A stretch of DNA of 52,104 bases, taken from positions 1 through 52,104 of the forward strand of contig JBHGNT010000211.1 in NCBI GenBank assembly GCA_043228905.1, read 5' to 3'. This document shows positions 1-11,749 of this stretch, piece after piece; positions within the stretch are counted from its first letter, which is position 1, and each line of letters starts with the position of its first letter. Below the pieces are notes generated by a model. It did not search any database and was not told the DNA's origin. It was given only the letters and a program-made list of their open reading frames with translations. The position numbers and the translations under genes are program-made. Source of the stretch: Azolla caroliniana. Taxonomy: Eukaryota; Plantae; Polypodiophyta.

Positions 1-248
1 GCACTCAGTTCTTACGATGCGGCACTTTCAAGACAATGATAAAATTCCATGCATAGAAGAAAACCGATGTATAATATTTGTATATACAATAAGGAAGGAA
101 GCAGGCCGTGACAACGATGAAGACAAAAGCAACAGAAGAGGGGAAGAGTGAGAGCCACTAGGGTTCTTTCCTTGTGCTTGCTTCTTTGGCATTCAATTCT
201 CAGCAACTGAGAGTAATAGGATGTTGAGAGTGGGTCAGTGGCAGGGTG

Positions 249-577
249 CATAGGTGTTGAGTGAGTGACAACTACGAGTTGCTAACTAGCCTACTAGGCG
301 CATGCATGGGTCGGTCGGTCCATGGGAGCGGAGCGACCATTTCTAGTTACCAACCCCCACCCCACTAATAGTCTCCCCCCCGGAGAATGAAAGTTTGTTG
401 TAAACTCTAGCATAGGTGTCGAGTGAGTGACAACTACAAGTTGCTAACTAGCCTACTAGGCGCGTGCATGGGTCGGTCGGTCCATGGGAGCCGAGCGACC
501 ATTTCTAGTTACCAACCCCCACCCCACTAATAGTCTCCTCCCCCCACGGGAGAATGAAAGTTTGTTGTAAACTCTAG
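249..577 (+). repeat. Tandem duplication of a 162/167-bp hairpin-rich unit with a Helitron-like 3' terminus (GC-rich hairpin followed by CTAG|T)
   Basis: Copies at 249-410 and 411-577 are near-identical. Each contains a GGTCGGTCGGTCC-ATG-GGAG(C)CG(G)AGCGACC-type hairpin followed by ATTTCTAGT. The duplication is certain; the Helitron interpretation is inference. Confidence 0.8.
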
Positions 578-659
578 GCCTCAGTGTAAACGCACAAGCA
601 CACATACACACACACACACACGCACTCTGATTTTCTTTACCCTGCAGACAGACATTGCT

Positions 660-841
660 GCTTTCCTTCTAAACCCTAGCAACGTCTCACAGGGATCGCT
701 CATCACTTTCTCTCTCGTATCCTGTAAGTTTCCTTTCAACCCAAACCCCCTCCACTCCCTTTTTTTTCACACGGTCTTCTTGGTTTATTGAAACCTCTGT
801 ATTTTTTTCTCAGGGGTTTACGTGATCTTTGTTGTGTATGT
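660..841 (+). other. Probable non-coding 5' UTR exons of the RanBP2 zinc-finger gene (about 660-723 and 814-841)
   Basis: Telo-box-like AAACCCTAG at 671. Donor GTAAGT at 724, pyrimidine tract plus CAG at 811-813, second donor GTAAGT at 842. An acceptor TTACAG lies directly before the ATG at 3989. Confidence 0.5.
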
Positions 842-3800
842 GTAAGTGGCCTTACCGTGTAGAAAGCTTTATAGGGTTAATTCGAATAATACCGTGTAGA
901 ATTGTTTAAGGTCGACTCAACATTTGCTAGAAGCTTTAGGATTTACTTGCTCTTTAATGAGTGGAAACATATTTGTAGAGTTTACTTGATCTGTTCCGTG
1001 TGCGAAAATCTGGAATAAAACTACAGTAGTTTGGATCTTACATATTTGATGGGCCTTAACTGGAAAATACACTACGAAGTCGAGGTTAATACACTATGAA
1101 ACCATGCCGTCCATATCGTATTTTGACATTTTTTATGGATTCATGTATAATTATAGGTTTTGTGGCTGAGAGGAGATGAAAATATATGATGTTAGAAAGA
1201 CACATGGAAGAAAAGATACGTATTAACGTCTCTAAAAGATCATAATGAATTATGAGACCTGAAAAAGATTACAACTTCAGAAATGTAAGCATTGACACCT
1301 CTAAAAGACCATAATGGCTTATGAGATCTGAGAAAAGTTACAACTTTCTATATAATTATGTCTATGGGGGTAACCACAAAATTGTACTTCCATAGCTTTC
1401 TAAAACAAAACGGTGTGAATGTAATGACAAACCTCAACACGCCACTATTTGGTTTGGTGCTTGACCCTGGATCTGAAATTTTTGCTCTCTGGAAATTTCC
1501 ACCATGGGGTAATCAAGTATGGACAGCTCCCTCAAAAGACTCTCTATGTCTCCTGATCTCTATATGGAGTAACACTAAGAATATTTGATTTTTATTCTCT
1601 ACTATAAACTTTCAAGGGGTAAACTTCAGCTTGATATGCTATATTCATAGAGAATGTATTAACATGATTCGGGATCCAAAAAAACCGGTGGAAGAATATA
1701 AACCATCTCCTCATTTCCACGTGAGGATAATTTGCTGATTTTATATGAGCTAAACATATCTCAGTAGTATGTGCGCCTTACGGTCTGACAGGAAAAATAG
1801 TATGTGTCTAGTGCTTAAATATCTTAAATATGCTTGCAGTACAACTAAGCTCATATTCTACGTTTTTTCCTGGCTGATGTTGATATCAAAACTATTCACT
1901 TTAGATCCTCAAAAATATGCACTGATGCTATTATCCAGATCAAATGAGAAATTTGGCATTAAATTTCTGTTGAAGAAGGCATCATCATGTATTCCATGTA
2001 GTATCTTAAGATATTTAAAAATCTAAGATTGCTCGCTCTATTAAAAATAATATCTTTAGACTCCCTGGAGGGTTAGTGCTTCTAATGACCATCAATATTT
2101 TAGTTTGGGATTAAATTCTGACTATACAGTTTTGGGTTTTTTGATTTTGTCAATTTTTATTATAAGCTATCATGTTTGCTTCCAACACCTAAAGACTATC
2201 CAACCTAGTTTCTAATAAATCATATTAAGCATCACGACTTAAATTTCACATTTATTTCCTGCATTCTGTTTGCACATAAACTCCAATTAAAAGTAGTTAG
2301 CTTTGCTGATTCTCATGTGGAAACAGTCACACTTTTCCCGATTCATCTATGATCTACTGATTCTTTACTTAAAACACTTACTATCTAGTGACGCATCGAC
2401 CTATAAAGATAGTGAGTAAAGGGAAAACTTGTTTGGTTTCTATAATACTCTTACACATAAATATTCTTTAGAGAATCCCTGTTCTATGCTCCAACTTACT
2501 TTCGTCTTACCTCATGGTATAAGTGGTTTACATCTGTCTCAAGCTGTTTATTCTATATCATATGGTCTACCCCATCAATTTACCTCAGGGCACATCAAAT
2601 CTTCCTTGTAACTCACAATGAAGCAATGTGAAACTTGTGTGCATCTTAAGATGTTATAGAACTCAGTTACTATTCTTGGATATTGATGACTCAAGTAGAA
2701 ACAGCGGAGTTGTTTTTGCTCTATGCATGATGGTTTAATAATTTTTTTAGTGGCTCGGCACTACAGAGATGAAAATTGTACATTTTCGTTTCGTGTTGGT
2801 GTGCATATATATCTCTTGATTTATGAACAACATTACAAATATTAAACAACAGTTTTGAAGAACTTCGAGTGCATTCTATTCAACTAATGCACAGTGAACA
2901 GTACCGGTCCCATTTGGTCTGCAATTTTATGAATGTATATAATTTTTTTTAAGCATCTTTATCTGTGTAAAGTCTTGGGTGGAAGTGGTATAGCTTTGTC
3001 TTTTTGTGCCTTTTGATGTATGTGGGAAGAAGATATTTATGCATTAAAAGATTGGAACGTTTAAGCTTAGAGAGGGTGGAGTGAAGTTGCTGTAGGTTTT
3101 TCCTTCGCAGTGGTGATTTTGAAATTCAATATAGGGCTGTTTTTATGATGTTGGTGGTTGGGATCTTTCTGCTTACTTTTGTTTTCAGAAATGAAAATTT
3201 GGAAGCTATTTAAGAAGAAGAGCTTTATCGAAGAAGGATGGAGGTGGAAGATTTTAGAGAGAGTGGTGAAGTGGCCCTAAGATTTTACTCAATGATGTAA
3301 CTGGCGATCTCAACATCAATATATGGTTGGTTTTATCATGTTGGTGGTTGGGATATTTTTGATACTGTGTTGTTTGCAGAAGTATGGGAAGAAGAGCTGT
3401 ATGCATAAAATGATGGAAGTAAGGAAGTTTTAAACCAGATGAAGATATTTACTGGTGACCACATGGAGTTAGGATGATGGGACAGTTAATGATCTGGGTT
3501 CTACAGATATTCTTATTATAGTGACCATTTGGAAAATTATGGAATGGAGAATGCCAGCGAGAATTGTGGAGAGTCCTGTTGATAACATCAACGAGGGTAC
3601 ACTAAATCATGAGGAGATTGTCAAAGAGTGTGCTGGTGATTCAAAGAGCTTTGTGGAAATCTTGAATTCATCTAATTTAGAACCAATAGCTGCTATGGAT
3701 TCCAATAATAAAGATAGCTTGGATTGTGCTTTGTTGTTTGAGAACTGGTATGGAAGCGAATGAATGTCTATGTTTATGGTTGGGTACTGGGTCAGGAAAG

Positions 3801-3988
3801 TATTCAAAGGAAGCCTTTGAGGGTTGAGGAATTTGGTGATTTGGATTTCTTTGATATTCTAGAGTCTGAAGATCTTATTTATCCTTTCAAAGTGTAGGGG
3901 AGAGAAGGTGGGGGGAGGGAGGGGGGGAAGGATTCTGAGAAAGAGAGGGCATGCGAGAGTGTGAGACTCAGAGTGAGATTTCTTACAG

Positions 3989-6533
3989 ATGGATTACAAG
4001 GGACCTGGAGGTCAAAAACGTGCTCGAGGAGATGGTAGGTGGAATGTAGATACTAGATTATTTCAGGTTCCAATTTTCCATCAAAAACTAGTTTTATAGG
4101 TTTTGGAATTCTTTATTATACTAGCTCTACAAGGTGATGGAGACTGGACGTGCCCAAAATGTGGGAATATAAACTTCTCCTTCAGGACTACATGCAATCT
4201 AAGGAAATGTGGAGCTTCGAAACCAGCATATGCTCCTCCACAGGTAAAACATTGTGTAGTTATAGATTCCCTAACTCAAAGCAATTTCATGAGAGTTTGT
4301 ATATGATGTACGGTTGCATTTTCCAGAGAGCAACACCAATGTATTCTCAAGTTCATGAGCAGATGCCAGCCCCACTTTACATGGGTAGCGGCACAGGTGG
4401 CCCACCATCAATGCAAATGGGTTTGACACCTAACTATGGAGTTCCTATGGGTATTCCTTCAGCAGCTGGCTTACCATATGAATACACTAGCTCTTTGAAT
4501 ATGCCTTCGTCTTACAATACGATACCCATGCAATCATCATACGCGCCCCCTCCAAGTGCTCTCATGGGTGGAGGTAAGGAAAATACTGTAATTTATTTCT
4601 AATTCCTGTATATGGTAATAAATTTCAGCATATACCCCCATCCATGTTCTCTCATGGGTGAAGCTAAGCTACCCAGTATAATTCCTAATTCCAGTATTTT
4701 CTATGGCAGGTGTTGGGTATGGTATGTCATCTGGTTTAGGATATAGTTCAGGATCAATGTTGGATGGAGGTTATGGTATGAGCTTAGGAATCCCACGAGG
4801 GCCAATGGTATTCTATTCTTGCTTCTATCTCTCTTATCATAGTTGCATGAAACATTTTTTTTGCTAAGCTAGAAACTGTGAAATGTTTTTTCTAGCTTAG
4901 AAATGATAAAATGATATTTGTTGACCAAACTGTAAAAGTTTTTTTTTTTTCTGCATTTTTCTTAATGTTTTTCTCTGGTTCTTTTTTTTCTATTTGAAAA
5001 ACGGTAATAGAAATTTTCGGTATTGGTTCCTATCACTGGACCATCATCAGAGGGGCTCAAAGATATTGTTATCTCACCCTGGACTTGATGGATATACTAA
5101 TATGGATCATGATATAATAAGGGATATCAGACTCCATTGATTGACTCTGCTTTCGAAAGATCTGATACTATCATATTCTTTTATAATGGACACATTTCAT
5201 TCATCCCAGGAAGCCACAATGCATCATACATGTCAACATGTATACATCACAGTAAACATGGTTTTCTTGAAGAAAGAGATAGTCGATTACAGAGTCTTAG
5301 AGATCCGTACCAATGGTGTTGTAAACATGTGATAGGTTTTCCATTTATTGAGTTTCATGGGTGTTGACAGCTTCCTGGTTTGGGATCTGCAATGTATCGA
5401 GAGGAGAATGGCTCTCGCAAAAGAAGAGGAGGTAGTTTCGGGTTAACAAAATTAAAAGCTAATTTTCCTTTTATACTATTAACTTTGAAGTTGTGTAGGT
5501 CAAGATGCAAAATCGGATGGGGATTGGACGTGCCCAAAATGTGGCAACACTAATTACTCTTTTCGGACAGTTTGCAACATGAAGAAATGCAGTACTCCTA
5601 AACCTGATGCACCTGTAAGTAGAGACTATATTCAAAAATTTGTTTTTGACACTGCAGAAGACAAAAGTCTTACCGTGATTCTTATTACAAATATGCCAGG
5701 CTCCTCAGTTTCAAGGGAAGCCTTCCACATCAGGTATTAATCTGGAAGTTTTACTCACTTTGCTTGTTATTTTTGCCTCGTACATGACTTATTCATCTTG
5801 TCAATCTCGGTTATTTAAATCTTGAAATAACCATCCTTATTGAACACTTTAGCATGCATGTGAAAGTCATATCTGAAGATGCATCTTCGAAATTTGTAGA
5901 TAATTGTCTGGTAATATTGTACTAGTAACATGTCACCATTTGCACAAAAACTCTTACCAATATCTTTATGAAGGTTTATTTGCTTCTTTGTTTTTACCAC
6001 CAATCTGACTAATTCATCTTGTCAATCTCTTTCTTTTTATCTGGAAACAGCGCTCTTTCTTATTGAACAGTTTCAGCATGAATATGAAAGTTATATTTGA
6101 ACATATGCCTAGGAAAGGAAATTTTTAGATAATTGTCTGGTAATATTATACTAGTATCTTGTTGTGATATTTGCCAACACTTGATAAATGTAGAAAGGGG
6201 TGTATGTGTTAAATCACATTTACTGTGGGGCGTATATCTTGAATGAGCTAGAAAATTTCCTAAACCCTAAACTCGAAATTTCCTGCTTTTATTCTAAAAG
6301 AATGTGGAATCCTAATTAGTAGCCAGAAAATGTCTGCATATGTACATACATATATATAGTCTGCTTAACTTAACCATTTTTCAGAAACTACACCTCCAGA
6401 TGGTAGCTGGACTTGTGACAAGTGTGGAAATATGAATTATCCTTTCCGATTGAAGTGTAATCGTAGAAGCTGTGGAGCTGACAAACCATCGGATGGAAAA
6501 GAATCTCCAATGTCTACCCCACCATCTGATTAG
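3989..6533 (+). CDS. RanBP2-type zinc-finger protein with three fingers (about 289 aa; resembles Arabidopsis At1g67325 from memory), probable RNA-binding protein
   Basis: Exons 3989-4034, 4125-4243, 4327-4573, 4710-4807, 5371-5431, 5499-5614, 5700-5733 and 6385-6533 total 870 nt, all with GT-AG introns. Fingers are GDWTCPKCGNINFSFRTTCNLRKC, GDWTCPKCGNTNYSFRTVCNMKKC and GSWTCDKCGNMNYPFRLKCNRRSC. The linker is G/Y/M/P-rich and includes a basic RKRRGG motif. Confidence 0.9.
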
Positions 6534-9500
6534 GTACGTAAATTTAGTTTATCCAATAAATTGCGCGTGTTCTATATGTTAGGCTAGTAAACTGTATACA
6601 GTAGGAACGTTGGTACATAGAAACATAAATTAATTTCTTTTTAGCTTCGTTGGGATTTTTCAGTACCACGCCGAGTATTTTCCTATGTTACTTCCTTCCC
6701 TTGCATTTTGAGGATGGTCCTATGTCTATGTTAACACTGTTTTCGGTTTGCAGTCAGTCAAGGTCTCAGTGTGTGGATGGTATCCCATCTGGTCCTCTGC
6801 CGTTGTCGTCATGTGGTCGAGTTTGGTTTCTCAGCAATACATCATCATGTTCCCAACAAATGAGTTGGCAGTTAAGTTGCCAGGCAGAGTACCAGTTTGT
6901 CCTGTCCATGGTACAGTTGTGGCTGGTCTATTTGTGGTGAAGTAGTCATGGGAAAACCAATTGGATTATATATTGGATGAACATAGAAAGACCTTAGGCT
7001 TACACATATCGTACAAGTATGCGATTCAATTTTTGGACAAATATGGTCCATCTTTGTCTAGATTTCTTCTGAAGTCCTACCTGTTTGCAGTAACTTGTGT
7101 GTGTTCTTGAGGTCTATATGCTATTGTGTATGTCTTCTGTGAATGATATATTATTAAGTCTTCGGGATTGGGTTTTGTCTCTCTGCCAAGCATGTGTTTC
7201 TAGATATCACGGAATCCTGGGGATACGTGAAGTATGCATTGCCATAGCCATTGTAGATAAGATGCCTGGACAATCATATATATTCTGTTGCCAGTTTTTT
7301 TATACATTATCAAAATGAATTGATTGATAAGGTCCATTCAGAATTCAGATCTCTTTCCCCAAAAAACAAGTGAAAAAATGAGAGGCCAAGGAATGGTTTA
7401 TTGCCAGTTTTGTAGCCAAACTGCGTTTTGGGGCCAGTATTCTGCCTTTAGATAATCTCCCATTTGTTTCAAAAAGCTTGACCAGGCTACGTTTTTTACT
7501 TATATCTGATTAAAGTATCTCATTCTGGAGAGTGGCCTATAACATATGGTGGTAAAGCCAAGATAGGGTGGGTGGAGGGGTTGAGAAAGTGCTTAAATTA
7601 TTTCTATATTAGCATTTGTAGTTGAAAGTTTTCTTATCATTGATGCAAAAGTCATTGTATGCAATGGTCTCCATATGGTGAACACAAGAAATCTTGTGGC
7701 TGATTGGTTATGTTGTATATGTTTAGGGTAATGGTAATATTCAATATTATACATTTAGCAGAGTCCTATATGGGTATGTTGTATTCAGCTACTGCATTTT
7801 TTGGTTTGTTTAGGGTAGGGAATTCACTCTGACTGTGTATAGGTAGTTTTAGATATTTTTAATGAACTGTTCTTGTGTTAGTTGCATTGTCATGTTTTCC
7901 TTCAGGGGATTAGAAGTCTCGTTGGCTTGTCCTTAAGATTCTTTAAAGTTCTTTGATAAATGAAAAGAAACGAGTTTAATGCAAGGGAATTTAAACGTGT
8001 TTCATACATCACAGTCTGCAAACTGTCTTTTGTTACTTAATTATGAGGCTCTTGCAATAACTTAACAGATTGTTATTTAGTTGATCAACAAGGCTTTATG
8101 GAAAGTCCATTGATCAAGTAAATGTGTTGCTTTTGTGAGCTTGGCCAAATAATGTGATATTTATGATTCCTTCATATGTAGTTTAGTGTCCCTTGATTTC
8201 TGTTGTCTTTCTATTGTGGTGTTTACTAATGTGCACCTAGTTTACAGTTTAGGAAATTTCATACATTTTCCATTTTCTTCTATATTAAAGTCTACAAGAG
8301 TACAATTCCACCTTTTTAGCTTTGATTGCACACAATGATGGGTTCACATTATTTATAAAATTTTATTAAGGCATTACTGCCACTCAATTAAGAGGGCTAT
8401 ATCTAAATGCTGTAAATCATTTTCACTCTGCTAAATTGAATCAGTTGAGAGCAGGTAAAATCCATTGCTTTACCCTAAAACGCAATGTATATACCTTTCA
8501 TTGTTTTTAAAGCCCTAAACCCTTACTAAAAGTTTAGGATTTACAGAGGTAAATCCTTGGAATAAAGCAATTCAGAACCCCTTTTAAAAACAAAATAAAA
8601 CCCCCTTCATTGTTTTAATTCAAACCATTAGTGTGGTGATTTCAATACCATTTTTTGTACACTAGTGTTCAGTGTTTTTGCGTCATAACTATTCCTGTAT
8701 CCATTGATTATAATTTTTTACATTGGTTCCATTTTATTTATCTCCTTCATTTGGTGTCATATTATCTCCTTCATTTAGTTCCATATTGTTTATATCCTTC
8801 ATTTACTTCCATGTTATATATCTCCATTGAGAAATGAACTTATCATGTTGCAGTTTTCTTTTATGTATGCCAAATGTAAGAGGAAAATATATGGTTCTGT
8901 GGTGCATAATTGGTTTACCAGTGACAACGTCTACTTTTTGGCATAACTTTGTCAAACCATGGTTGATGGCATGCATGCAGTTTTTTTCATTCATTTCATC
9001 AATCACCAATCATTTGATTAATTCAAAGTAAATCTCGTTTTAAAAGATGTGAAATTGCATCTTGAACAAGATGTGATTTGATCTCTGCTGACAAACTCAA
9101 ATATATGCAATTGGAATGGAAACATGAGCAATTTGAAAATCATAATAAGTGAAATGAGTTATTTAAGTGAATCATGAGTGTATCATGTATGGCAGGTGAA
9201 TAGACTGGGTGTTGAATGGAAGGGATTGTTTTCATGAAATTGTCCAATATTTTTGGTGATAATTACAATCAGGAAAGCATCTATCTATCTATTCATGTAA
9301 CAGTGGTAGGTAGACACCTCTCAAGAAATTGTTCAATATAAAGTTGCGATTATTATCAATGGTAGGCATGACAATGTCCATAGTATATGGTTCCACAAGC
9401 TCCATAAATGATATTCTTCTCTTATTTCTTTGCCAACATTGGCCTTAGCTATCAAATTAGTGATTTGCGGAGTACGATATTCACATAGGGGTTCAACTAA

Positions 9501-11749
9501 GTTATATTATATCTAATGATGGGGTGGTTTTGTAGGTCTGCTTCAGTATTGTGTTTGTGTTGCACAAAATGATATTGGTTTGATAACATCTTCATCTAGC
9601 TAGCTATGACATTCACATAGAGGTTTAAGTATTATATGAGCTGCTATGTGTAGAGGTCTAAGTAACTTTTATAATATCTAAGAATAGGAATTTCATGGGT
9701 TTGCAATGTTATTGGATTCATGTTGTACTAAATGTTTTTGGTGGTTTGATTTTCGTACGTTTGATGCACACTGCTTTTCTCAATGCAACAACATGGCATT
9801 TAACCATCCTACTTCAACGATCGTTCCAATTCATTTATTTGTTTATCATTCAAAAGATTACCCATCAATCTTTTGGTCTTTGAACAATTGGGACGTATAT
9901 GAGACTTTCATGCACACATCTAGACACATGGTATTTTACTATGAGGCTTACTTGGGCATTTACTTTTATGGAAATCCCTATCTGTAAAAGTTTCTACGAT
10001 TTCCCTGTAATCCTGAATAGTGTTACTTTTTGCTCTTAACAGCTCCATTGTATATGAAAAATAAAAACTTAATGCTATTGTTGAGATTTTGAATAGATGT
10101 ATGAACTCTTGAATTTCTTGTGAATTGCTTGGTTTGTTTCTCATCATCCAAGAGATTATCTATCAACCGTTGGGTCTTTGAACAATTGGAAGGATCTCTA
10201 GAAGGCTTCGTTGTAGCTTTTTAAACTTAATGTAGCATCAACACACATACACACACACACTCACTCATGCATACACTTACTTCTTTTGAAAGTTATGGTG
10301 CTTACTTTGGTTACTATTTAATAAAAACAAAACTTGGTACCATTTTTTACATTTTGAATTGATTTCTTGCAAATTGCTATGTAACTCATATGTTGAGAAA
10401 CATCCACATTGATATTGGCTCATTAATTGTGGAGTCCCATTTAGATGAGCTTGGTAGCTATAATTGGTAAATTGTCTTTGATTGCTTTCATGTTTCTCAA
10501 AATTCTCCTCTCCTTGGGTTTCAACCATGTTTACTTCCTGTTTCTCATGTTATCTATCTATTCTCCTCATGCACCAATGTTTTGCTTCAGACTCTGTTTT
10601 GTCACATACAACACTGATATTAGCTAGATTTTTGACTTAACGAGCTTTACCATAGGCTATATTACTTATTGTTGTTATTTTAAGCATTATTTTAAGGAAG
10701 GTGCAAACCTAGGTTTATATCAATCACAAAATGATTGTTGCGATATATGTGGTGTTGAGCATTGTAATTGAGATAATGGTATCACGTCAATGGAGTACCA
10801 CATCAAATACACAATTGAAAAGAGGAAAAGTTGTTTTAGCAAGCTGTCATGAATCAGCTCCATGGACAATTCGTCCTAAGAGGGGTGTAGGGTATAGTCA
10901 AATGGTCTTTAATGTGTGCGTAATGCTGTCCTCACGGACAAAGGAAGGAGAGGAGACGATAGTTTAGCCACCTACACGTTGGGTTGGCTTTCTTTCGTTT
11001 AGTTTTTGTTTGGTGAGGATGCGCGGGGGCATTATTGTAAATACTGAGAACCGAAGGGAAGGGCATCGTTGGGGATATTTGGAAAGTGGACTGTGAGAGG
11101 CTATGCACCGTCTCCTCCTCCTCTTTCTCTTCTTCTTCTTCTTCTTCTTCTCTTCTTTACTTCGATCGGCCGATCGGGGGCGAAGCCCCTCCTCCCACAG
11201 AAGTGTCTCCGCAGCAGCAGCAGCAGCAGAAGAAGAAGAAACAGACGACTCACAACAGGTAGGAGAGAAGGAAAAATAGCAGAGTCCAGAGAGAGAGAGA
11301 GAGGGAGACAGAGAAGGAAACTGACAGAAAAGCAGGAAAGGACGCGCTTTCTTTCTTGGTTGTTCTTCTTCCTTTAGATTTCTTCCTTCCAGCTCCTCCT
11401 AGCACAGAAATATCTCCTCGGAAGAAGCAGAAAACGAAGCAGAAGCGCAGACGTATTCCTGCATAGGAACCGGAGAAGGAAAAGAATAATTAGAAACGGA
11501 AGCTGAAACTGAGATAGTGAAAGAAGTAAAAGCAGAGATAGTTACAGACGTAGATGTCCTAACAGGAAGAGGACGGAAAGGGAAGCAAGAAGAGCGCAGA
11601 AGCAACAAAAAGGAAGTAGTGAGAGTGAGAGTTTGAGTGGAAGCAGAAACAAGAAAAGGAAGCAGAGGGAAGGTAGAACCTAAAGAAACAGAGAAGGAAG
11701 GCAGTAGAAGGAGAGGAAATTGTCAGATAGATGCCAGGCCTTCCCTCCC

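Noticed and set aside
249-577. Hammerhead ribozyme (retrozyme) or CRISPR-like array
   Set aside because: I found no CTGANGA...GAAA core on either strand. There are only two whole-unit copies with no unique spacers, and the context is eukaryotic.
7300-11000. Hidden gene in the AT-rich intergenic stretch
   Set aside because: It contains only short ORFs, with no consistent exon chain or recognisable domain.
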